Part shown: in pieces, positions 1 through 6,840 of the stretch
Layout of the letters: each line of letters opens with the position of its first letter
Position numbering within the stretch: position 1 is the stretch's first letter
Assembly (NCBI GenBank): GCA_964566045.1
Contig: CAZMHK010000001.1
Coordinates: 1,925-65,924, forward strand
Length of the DNA stretch: 64,000 nucleotides
Direction of reading: 5' to 3'
Source of the DNA: an uncultured Flavobacterium sp.
GTDB lineage: Bacteria > Bacteroidota > Bacteroidia > Flavobacteriales > Flavobacteriaceae
Made by a program: the position numbers and the translations under genes
The notes under the pieces: generated by a model
What the model was told of the DNA's origin: nothing
Seen by the model: only the letters and a program-made list of their open reading frames with translations
Database searches by the model: none

Positions 1-257
1 TGACTTTCAAAAAAATTCATAATCTAGAGTTGTACGCTGGTGTCAAAAACCTACTTAATTGGACACCCAATCGTGGAAATCCGTTCTTGATAGCACGCGC
101 TAATGATCCTTTTGATAAAAATGTTCAAGTTGATAATTCAGGAGCGGTAATCCCTACAGCTGATAATCCATTTGCACTCACTTTTGACCCAACCTATGCT
201 TACGGACCCAATCAAGAAAGACGTTTTTTTATAGGACTGCGTTACCATTTTGATTAA
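1..257 (+). CDS. TonB-dependent outer-membrane receptor, C-terminal fragment (5' end off-window)
   Basis: The frame is open from the window edge. The tail ...ERRFFIGLRYHFD looks like the terminal beta-strand of TonB-dependent receptor barrels. The listed start at 30 is an internal TTG. Confidence 0.65.
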   Translation, partial: TFKKIHNLELYAGVKNLLNWTPNRGNPFLIARANDPFDKNVQVDNSGAVIPTADNPFALTFDPTYAYGPNQERRFFIGLRYHFD

Positions 258-288
258 TTTTTTGTTCCTAAAGTTGTATTTTTGAGCC

Positions 289-1440
289 ATGAGACACTAC
301 GATTATATTTTTACCGGCACAGGACTTTCGGCTTTAATGACGGTTTACAAAATGGTTCAATCCGGATCGTTTGCAGATAAAAGTATTTTGTTACTGGATG
401 AAAACTCCAAAAAAACCAATGATAGAACCTGGTGTTTCTGGAAAACAACCGATTCACTTTGGGAACCGGCTATTTCTAAAAAATGGGATTCGGCTTTATT
501 TGCCAATGCAGCTTTCCGCAGGGATTTAAAATTGCAACCGTATCACTACAATATGGTGAAAGGACTTGATTTTTACAATCAAGTTTTTGATTTACTTTCG
601 AAACAAGCAAACATTACTTTCTTGAATCAGAAAGTCTTGACTATTGAAGAATCAGAAACTATAATTTTGGTACAAACAGAAAGCGAATCTTTTTCGTGCT
701 CCAAATTATTCAATAGTATTTACCACAAACAAAAAGCGGAAAACCAAACTAAATATCCTGTTTTGCAACAACATTTTATAGGTTGGTTTATCAAAAGTGA
801 GCAAGCTGTTTTTAATAATGAGCAAGCCACGTTCATGGATTTTTCGGTTGAGCAAAGGGGAAATACCCGTTTTATGTACGTGTTGCCCACTTCAAAAACC
901 GAAGCGTTACTGGAATACACTTTGTTTTCGCATCAGCATTTAAAAAAAGAAGAATACGAAAACGAAATCCAACAATACATTCAAAAATTGGGGGTTACAA
1001 ACTACGAAATCATAGAAAAAGAACAAGGTAGTATCCCGATGACCTGTTATCCTTTTTGGAAAGCCAATACTAAAAACGTGATCAACATTGGTACTTCTGG
1101 CGGTTGGACCAAAGCGAGTACGGGTTATACTTTCAAAAATTCAGATAAAAAATCAAGTGAGTTGGTAGCCTTTTTACTAAGTGAAACCGACTTTACTAAG
1201 TTTCATAAAAAAACAAAATTCTGGTGGTATGATTTGCTTTTATTAGACATATTAGATAGAAAAAACGAATTAGGTTCTCACATTTTTTCTTCGATGTTCA
1301 AAAAAGGAAATCCAGCGGTGATCTTCAAATTTTTAGACGAAGAAACCTCGATAAAAGAAGATATTCAGGTTATTTTAAAATGCCCGAAAATGTTGTTTAT
1401 CAAAGCCATTTTTCACGTGGCCGCCAAAGCCCTAAAATAA
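289..1440 (+). CDS. Lycopene cyclase family protein (CrtY-like flavoprotein)
   Basis: N-terminal dinucleotide-binding motif DYIFTGTGLSALMT. Length of 383 aa and overall sequence are typical of flavobacterial lycopene cyclase family proteins. No other crt genes are adjacent. Confidence 0.7.
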   Translation: MRHYDYIFTGTGLSALMTVYKMVQSGSFADKSILLLDENSKKTNDRTWCFWKTTDSLWEPAISKKWDSALFANAAFRRDLKLQPYHYNMVKGLDFYNQVFDLLSKQANITFLNQKVLTIEESETIILVQTESESFSCSKLFNSIYHKQKAENQTKYPVLQQHFIGWFIKSEQAVFNNEQATFMDFSVEQRGNTRFMYVLPTSKTEALLEYTLFSHQHLKKEEYENEIQQYIQKLGVTNYEIIEKEQGSIPMTCYPFWKANTKNVINIGTSGGWTKASTGYTFKNSDKKSSELVAFLLSETDFTKFHKKTKFWWYDLLLLDILDRKNELGSHIFSSMFKKGNPAVIFKFLDEETSIKEDIQVILKCPKMLFIKAIFHVAAKALK

Positions 1441-1497
1441 CAATCAAACTATAACAAAACTTTATAATTGAAGTTCTGTTCTTGATGGTAAACTTTG

Positions 1498-1505
1498 TAA
1501 CTTTG
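1498..1505 (+). promoter_or_regulatory. Candidate Bacteroidetes -7 box (TAACTTTG) upstream of the bacilliredoxin gene
   Basis: Matches TAnnTTTG 36 nt upstream of the ATG at 1541. No well-spaced -33 TTG is present. Confidence 0.3.
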
Positions 1506-1540
1506 CAGGACTTAATTACTAATGATTTAAAATAAAAGAT

Positions 1541-1951
1541 ATGTATCCAGAAGAAATGGTAAAACCAATGCAAGCAGAACTTACTGCAGCAGGTTTTCAA
1601 GATTTACATAGTGCCGAAGCAGTAGAAAACGCATTAAAAGCAGAAGGAACAACTCTTGTAGTTGTAAACTCGGTTTGTGGTTGTGCTGCGCGTAATGCAC
1701 GCCCAGGAGCAAAAATGAGTTTAGAAGGTGGTAAAAAACCAGATCAATTAATTACTGTTTTTGCAGGAGTTGACAAAGATGCTGTTGATGCTGCAAGACA
1801 ACACATGTTCCCTTTTCCTCCATCATCGCCAAGTATGGCTTTGTTCAAAAACGGAGAATTAGTGCACATGCTAGAGCGTCACCACATTGAAGGTCGCCCA
1901 GCAGAACTAATTGCTGAAAACCTTAGAGACGCTTTCAACGAGTATTGCTAA
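1541..1951 (+). CDS. BrxA/BrxB-family bacilliredoxin (YphP/YqiW, DUF1094-like thiol-disulfide oxidoreductase)
   Basis: 136 aa with the redox motif NSVCGCAARNARP (CGC). The MYPEEMVKPM... N-terminus is typical of the family. Confidence 0.8.
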   Translation: MYPEEMVKPMQAELTAAGFQDLHSAEAVENALKAEGTTLVVVNSVCGCAARNARPGAKMSLEGGKKPDQLITVFAGVDKDAVDAARQHMFPFPPSSPSMALFKNGELVHMLERHHIEGRPAELIAENLRDAFNEYC

Positions 1952-1973
1952 TACCTGATAAAGTATAGAATTT

Positions 1974-2000
1974 AAAACCACGTTTCGACGTGGTTTTTTT
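1974..2000 (+). terminator. Rho-independent terminator after the bacilliredoxin gene
   Basis: aaaaccacgt-ttcg-acgtggtttt forms a perfect 10-bp stem followed by a T-run. Confidence 0.8.
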
Positions 2001-2028
2001 ATTTATGACAAACTTGTCACTCTGATAA

Positions 2029-2133
2029 AGGAAAAGTCTCTGATAATTCCAAAGCTTCTAGCCTTTTGAAGGCTGGAAGCTGTAAAAAAGAATTTCTCCT
2101 GAAACTTCAGGTCTCTTTAGGCTGGAAGATATA
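2029..2133 (+). repeat. Copy 1 of a ~105-bp two-hairpin intergenic repeat (family A)
   Basis: Near-identical to 3091..3194. Contains hairpins agcttctagcc/ggctggaagct and cctga-aact-tcagg. Confidence 0.8.
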
Positions 2134-2229
2134 TCTAAAAAACAAAGCCCATCAAATAATTTGTATATATTTGATTTAAATAACTGACAGTATTCTACTT
2201 CAACAAATATAAAACCAAAATATACACGA

Positions 2230-2835
2230 ATGAAACTTAGCGAAATTGTACAAAGAACCCTCCCATTTGGCTACTTATTCTTAGTCGTTCTTGGAATAAT
2301 CAAAGAAAGTATTTATTATTATCAAGTAGGGATAAACATCTTGAAATATTCCAATATCATGGATGTTTTAATCAGTCCAATTGCTGATTTAACCTCAACA
2401 CCGATAATCCTTTTAGGTTTTGTTATCTTAATTCTTCTATTATCCTTAGCTAGTATACTTATTTCAAAAAATTTTAATAAAGATTGGATAAAGAAAAAAA
2501 TTGGTTCTAAAAAACCACTAGAGGAAATAACTGAAGAGGAAGTAAGTGCATATTTCAGTAAGTATTTTATCTCCATGTTTGCATTTTGTTTGTTGTGCTT
2601 TTTTTTAGGATTAGGACTAGGAAGCGGAGAAAAAGTTGCAAGTAAAATTTCTAACAACGAATTGAAATACGGTTACGAAATAACTTTTGGTGATGGCCAA
2701 ACAAAAGAAATTTATTTAATTGGTTCCAACAGTGCTTATTATTTTTATGTAGAAAAAGGAAATAAAAATGTAAAAATAACTCCGGTAGGCGCAATCAAAT
2801 CAGTGGAGATTACTACAAATAAAGTACTGCATTAA
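2230..2835 (+). CDS. Hypothetical membrane protein (about 3 predicted TM segments plus a beta-rich C-terminal domain)
   Basis: 201-aa ORF with hydrophobic stretches (LPFGYLFLVVLGII, PIILLGFVILILLLSLASILI, MFAFCLLCFFLGLGLG). No family recognised. Very AT-rich and bracketed by the family-A repeats. Confidence 0.55.
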   Translation: MKLSEIVQRTLPFGYLFLVVLGIIKESIYYYQVGINILKYSNIMDVLISPIADLTSTPIILLGFVILILLLSLASILISKNFNKDWIKKKIGSKKPLEEITEEEVSAYFSKYFISMFAFCLLCFFLGLGLGSGEKVASKISNNELKYGYEITFGDGQTKEIYLIGSNSAYYFYVEKGNKNVKITPVGAIKSVEITTNKVLH

Positions 2836-2854
2836 AGGATTCGTTAAATTTACC

Positions 2855-3090
2855 CAACACAAACAGATTACTCCGCCAACAAGACAGAGTTCAGGGCTTT
2901 GTTTTTCAAAATGACAAAATAAATATAGGAAAGTCAACCCAAAATTATAACTCTGACGAAGGAAGAGTCTCATTAGGTTGCTCAACAAACATAGATTACT
3001 CCGCCGATTAGCTAGAGCTCAAGTCTTAGTTCCTCAGAATAACAAATATACCCGAGAGAAAAATTATACTCTTACTTGTAACTCTTAAAA
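2855..3090 (+). repeat. Two degenerate ~128-bp tandem units (family B) leading into repeat A copy 2
   Basis: Units start at 2855 and 2983 (caaca..a.agattactccgcc...). Both end in aggaa(g/a)agtctc, which is also the 5' edge of family A. Confidence 0.6.
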
Positions 3091-3194
3091 AGGAAAAGTC
3101 TCTGATAATTCCAAAGCTTCCAGCCTTTTGAAGGCTGGAAGCTTTAAAAAGGATTTCTCCCGAAGCTTCGGGACTATCTGGGTTAGAAGACATT
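3091..3194 (+). repeat. Copy 2 of the ~105-bp two-hairpin repeat (family A)
   Basis: The first ~55 nt differ from 2029..2083 at one position. Second hairpin is cccga-agct-tcggg. Confidence 0.8.
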
Positions 3195-3282
3195 TTGTGC
3201 TAAAAAAATACTGGAATTAATGCGCAATGAACTCAATCAAAAAATCAACTCTGAGAACTGAATTTTCTATTAACCACAACTT

Positions 3283-3361
3283 CCCTAGCCCAGATGGAAA
3301 CGGCATCCTGTTGTGGCGGGGTTCGCCACTACAGATATAGTGAACAGCTGGAAATAGCTCC
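3283..3361 (+). repeat. Structured intergenic repeat, family C, copy 1
   Basis: Conserved ends ccctAGCCCaGATgGAAacGGcATCC ... ACAGCTGGAaATAGCTCC flank the inner hairpin gtggcg-gggtt-cgccac. Related copies lie at 9162..9249 (reverse) and 17434..17533. Confidence 0.7.
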
Positions 3362-3441
3362 AAGAAAAACAAACCATGAAGACTTTAAGGAAAATTAAGC
3401 ATTCGTTGTTAATGATTGCGAACCTTAGTCCCTTCAAAACT

Positions 3442-3472
3442 TTGCGCCTCTGAACCTTTTTGACTACTTTTG
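3442..3472 (+). promoter_or_regulatory. Candidate Bacteroidetes sigma-A promoter for trhO (TTG-N20-TACTTTTG)
   Basis: -33 TTG at 3442..3444 and -7 TACTTTTG at 3465..3472, 36 nt upstream of the ATG. Confidence 0.5.
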
Positions 3473-3507
3473 CAAAAAATACATTTCTCACTTAAACTGT
3501 TTATAGC

Positions 3508-4875
3508 ATGCAACTGTACAACACCTTAAGCGCAGAGGAAAGAGCCATCATGATTGATGATGCCGGAAAACAAAGACTCACTTTGTCGTTCTATGCTTAT
3601 GCGCAAATTCAAGATCCCACTCAATTTCGTAATGATTTATTCCGCGCTTGGAATCCTTTGGATGTTCTAGGCCGAATTTATGTAGCCAAAGAAGGTATCA
3701 ATGCACAATTATCATTACCTGCTGATAATTTTTATGCCTTCAAGGACAGCGTTGAAGCTTACGATTTCATGAAAGGGATGCGCTTGAATATTGCGGTGGA
3801 GCATGACGACCACTCGTTTTTGAAACTAACAATTAAGGTGCGTGACAAGATTGTTGCCGATGGTTTGAACGATGAAACTTTTGATGTAACCAACATAGGT
3901 GTACACCTAAAAGCGAAGGAGTTCAACGAAATTCTAGACGATCCCAACACAATTGTAGTCGATTTTAGAAACCATTACGAGAGTGAAATAGGCTATTTTA
4001 AAGGCGCCATCACTCCTGATGTAGATACGTTTAGAGAATCGTTGCCAATTATTAATGAGCAATTAAAAGACTTTAAGGAAGATAAAAACTTGGTGATGTA
4101 TTGCACAGGAGGAATTCGTTGCGAAAAAGCATCGGCTTACTTTAAACACCAAGGTTTTAAGAATGTTTTTCAGCTGGAAGGCGGTATTATTAATTACGCC
4201 AAGCAAATAAAAGAAGAAAATTTAGAGAGCAAATTTATAGGTAAAAACTTTGTTTTTGATCACCGCTTGGGCGAACGCATTACAGATGATATTGTTTCTC
4301 AATGCCATCAATGTGGTGCGCCTTGTGATGTGCATACCAATTGCGAAAACGAAGGTTGTCACTTGCTTTTTATTCAGTGTGATTCTTGCAAAGAAAAAAT
4401 GCAAGGTTGTTGTTCGGTTGAATGTGTGACGGTAATTCACTTGCCCGAAGAAGAGCAAAAAGCCATTCGTAGAGGAATAAAAAACGGAAATAAGATTTTT
4501 AAAAAAGGAAAATCGGACAAGTTGCTTTTTAAAAATAATGCAGATCCGTTAGCAGCAATTCCTGATTTGACTGAATTGGCAAAAAGAAAGCCTGTTGCAA
4601 AAAAAGCAGTAAAAATCAAGAAACAATATCTGGGTAAAGGCGCACACTTTTTCCCGAAATCAAATATTGGTCAGTTTTTAATTGAAGAAAATGAATTGAA
4701 AATTGGCGATAGTGTAATGATAAAAGGCAGCACTACTGGAGAACAAATTTTAACCATTGAGGAAATGATGGTGAACGGAACGGCGCAACAAAAAGCTGTT
4801 GTTGGAGATACTTGTACTTTCAAATTGCCTTTCAGAATTCGGTTATCAGACAAACTATACCGCATTGTAGAGTAA
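3508..4875 (+). CDS. trhO: Rhodanese-domain tRNA uridine(34) hydroxylase TrhO (YceA/UPF0176 family) with a ~140-aa C-terminal extension
   Basis: UPF0176-type N-domain (RIYVAKEGINAQLSLP), rhodanese active-site loop YCTGGIRCEKAS, and a Cys-rich C-domain (CHQCGAPCDVHTNCENEGCH...). An extra basic linker and a beta-rich domain follow at aa 316-455. Confidence 0.8.
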   Translation: MQLYNTLSAEERAIMIDDAGKQRLTLSFYAYAQIQDPTQFRNDLFRAWNPLDVLGRIYVAKEGINAQLSLPADNFYAFKDSVEAYDFMKGMRLNIAVEHDDHSFLKLTIKVRDKIVADGLNDETFDVTNIGVHLKAKEFNEILDDPNTIVVDFRNHYESEIGYFKGAITPDVDTFRESLPIINEQLKDFKEDKNLVMYCTGGIRCEKASAYFKHQGFKNVFQLEGGIINYAKQIKEENLESKFIGKNFVFDHRLGERITDDIVSQCHQCGAPCDVHTNCENEGCHLLFIQCDSCKEKMQGCCSVECVTVIHLPEEEQKAIRRGIKNGNKIFKKGKSDKLLFKNNADPLAAIPDLTELAKRKPVAKKAVKIKKQYLGKGAHFFPKSNIGQFLIEENELKIGDSVMIKGSTTGEQILTIEEMMVNGTAQQKAVVGDTCTFKLPFRIRLSDKLYRIVE

Positions 4876-4902
4876 CACAACTGCTGTAAAACAAACAAAA
4901 CC

Positions 4903-4937
4903 AACCCATTGCAACGCCATTTGCAGTGGGTTTTTTA
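4903..4937 (+). terminator. Rho-independent terminator after trhO
   Basis: aacccattgcaa-cgccat-ttgcagtgggtt (12 bp with one G-T pair) followed by tttttt. Confidence 0.75.
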
Positions 4938-5060
4938 GTATAATTTTATGAGTGATTGCTCCAAATTGGCGTTGTTGCATAAAATTAAAAAATACTATCT
5001 TTACAAATTAAACGTTTTAAGAACTTAAGTTGTGCTTGTCACAACACTACATATACGATT

Positions 5061-6368
5061 ATGGCATGTACAAGTTGTTCAACCTCTGATGGTGGCGCAC
5101 CAAAGGGTTGCAAAAATAATGGGACTTGCGGCACCGATAGCTGCAATAAATTAACGGTTTTTGATTGGCTTTCGAATATGAGTTTGCCTAACGGCGAAGC
5201 CCCTTTTGACTGTGTAGAAGTACGTTTTAAAAACGGTCGTAAAGAATTTTACCGCAATACTGAAAAACTTACTTTGAGCATTGGTGATATTGTTGCCACG
5301 GTAGCTTCTCCAGGACATGATATTGGTATAGTAACGCTAACAGGTGAGTTGGTTCGCATTCAAATGAAGAAAAAAGGAGCGAATCCTAGCAGCAACGAAA
5401 TTCCGAAAATTTATAGAAAAGCATCACAAAAAGACATTGATATTTGGTCTGCAGCTCGCGACCGCGAAGAGCCTATGAAAGTTCGCGCACGTGAATTGGC
5501 CATTGCTCAAAAACTAGAAATGAAAATTTCGGATATTGAATTTCAAGGAGATGGATCAAAAGCTACATTTTACTATACAGCAAACGATCGAATTGATTTT
5601 AGAGCATTGATCAAAGATTTTGCTAAAGAATTCGGCACGCGTATTGAGATGAAACAAGTAGGTTTCCGTCAAGAAGCAGCTCGTTTGGGCGGAATTGGTT
5701 CTTGCGGAAGAGAATTATGTTGCTCTACTTGGTTGACTGATTTTAGAAGTGTGAATACCTCAGCAGCACGTTACCAACAACTGTCCTTGAACCCTCAAAA
5801 ACTAGCAGGGCAATGTGGTAAATTGAAATGCTGCTTGAATTATGAGTTAGACACTTACATGGATGCTTTGAAGCATTTTCCAGATTTTGAAACCAAATTA
5901 AGCACCGAAAAAGGAGATGCTATTTGTCAAAAACAAGATATTTTTAAAGGCTTGATGTGGTTTGCTTACACCAACAATTTCTCGAACTGGCACGTTTTAA
6001 AAATAGACCAAGTCAAAGAAATTATTGCTGAGAATAAGCTCAAAAATAAAGTTTCATCACTTGAGGATTATGCTATTGAGGTTATTGTGGAGCCAGAGAA
6101 AAACTTTAACAATGCCATGGGCCAAGAAAGTTTAACGCGATTTGACCAACCAAAAGGCAAGAAAAAGAACAACCGCAAGCGTAAACCAAATCCGGAGAAC
6201 GCTATTGTTGCCAACGGAGCACCTAAACCGCCACGTCCAAAAAACAACAATAACAAACCACAAAACGCAAACAAACCAGCCAATAACAACAAGCCAGCAC
6301 CTGCTGACAAGAAACCAGCAGGCCCTAGAAAACCTATAATTATTACTAAAAATGTGGATAAAAAATAG
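5061..6368 (+). CDS. PSP1 domain protein (RicT/YaaT-like) with Cys-rich N-terminus and K/N/P-rich low-complexity tail
   Basis: N-terminus MACTSCS...GCKNNGTCGTDSCNKLTVFDWL and the central PSP1 core (GSCGRELCCSTWL...GQCGKLKCCLNYE) are typical of the flavobacterial PSP1 family. Confidence 0.75.
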   Translation: MACTSCSTSDGGAPKGCKNNGTCGTDSCNKLTVFDWLSNMSLPNGEAPFDCVEVRFKNGRKEFYRNTEKLTLSIGDIVATVASPGHDIGIVTLTGELVRIQMKKKGANPSSNEIPKIYRKASQKDIDIWSAARDREEPMKVRARELAIAQKLEMKISDIEFQGDGSKATFYYTANDRIDFRALIKDFAKEFGTRIEMKQVGFRQEAARLGGIGSCGRELCCSTWLTDFRSVNTSAARYQQLSLNPQKLAGQCGKLKCCLNYELDTYMDALKHFPDFETKLSTEKGDAICQKQDIFKGLMWFAYTNNFSNWHVLKIDQVKEIIAENKLKNKVSSLEDYAIEVIVEPEKNFNNAMGQESLTRFDQPKGKKKNNRKRKPNPENAIVANGAPKPPRPKNNNNKPQNANKPANNNKPAPADKKPAGPRKPIIITKNVDKK

Positions 6369-6831
6369 TGCATTTTTTTTATTAGCAGTCTTACTTCTTA
6401 CCTCTTGTGACGAGAAAAGAAGTTTTGACGAATATAAATCTGTCGGTCCAGCTTGGCACAAAGACAGTACCGTAACCTTTGCTATTCCGGCTCTTGATTC
6501 GACCAAGAGATACAACTTGTTTGTCAATTTACGAGCTAACAACAACTACCAATACAACAATTTATTTTTAATTGTTGCTATGGAATTACCCAACGGATTT
6601 ACAAAAGTAGACACGTTGGAATACGAAATGGCCGATGTTGATGGAACACTTTTAGGTGATGGATTTTCGGATGTGAAAGAAAGTAAACTTTTTTACAAAG
6701 AAAACGTGCGCCTGCGTTCAAAATACAAAGTACACATCAAACAAGCAGTTCGCGAAAACGGAAAAGTTCCCGGAGTTACAGCACTTAACGGAATTACAGA
6801 TGTAGGTTTTAGAATCGAAAAAAAAGAATAA
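6352..6831 (+). CDS. gldH: Gliding motility lipoprotein GldH
   Basis: Lipobox LLLTSC. The 159-aa sequence (YNLFVNLRANNNYQYNNLFLIV..., DGTLLGDGFSD...) matches the GldH family. Lies upstream of a PBP1A gene, and its start overlaps the PSP1 gene by 17 nt. Confidence 0.85.
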   Translation: MWIKNSAFFLLAVLLLTSCDEKRSFDEYKSVGPAWHKDSTVTFAIPALDSTKRYNLFVNLRANNNYQYNNLFLIVAMELPNGFTKVDTLEYEMADVDGTLLGDGFSDVKESKLFYKENVRLRSKYKVHIKQAVRENGKVPGVTALNGITDVGFRIEKKE

Positions 6832-6840
6832 AATAGTTTT

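Noticed and set aside
2800-2988. 62-aa minus-strand ORF after the membrane-protein gene
   Set aside because: It falls within the degenerate family-B tandem repeats and overlaps the 3' end of the 2230..2835 CDS. There is no supporting signal.
3285-3491. 68-aa minus-strand ORF
   Set aside because: It lies across the family-C repeat and the trhO promoter region, and its basic 'AKVVKKVQRRKVLKG' stretch is the translation of CTTTG-type motifs. It is likely non-coding.
6068-6545. Overlapping ORFs 6068..6373(-), 6132..6545(-) and 6142..6339(+)
   Set aside because: They are generated by the low-complexity A/C-rich region encoding the PSP1 tail and overlap two well-supported genes.
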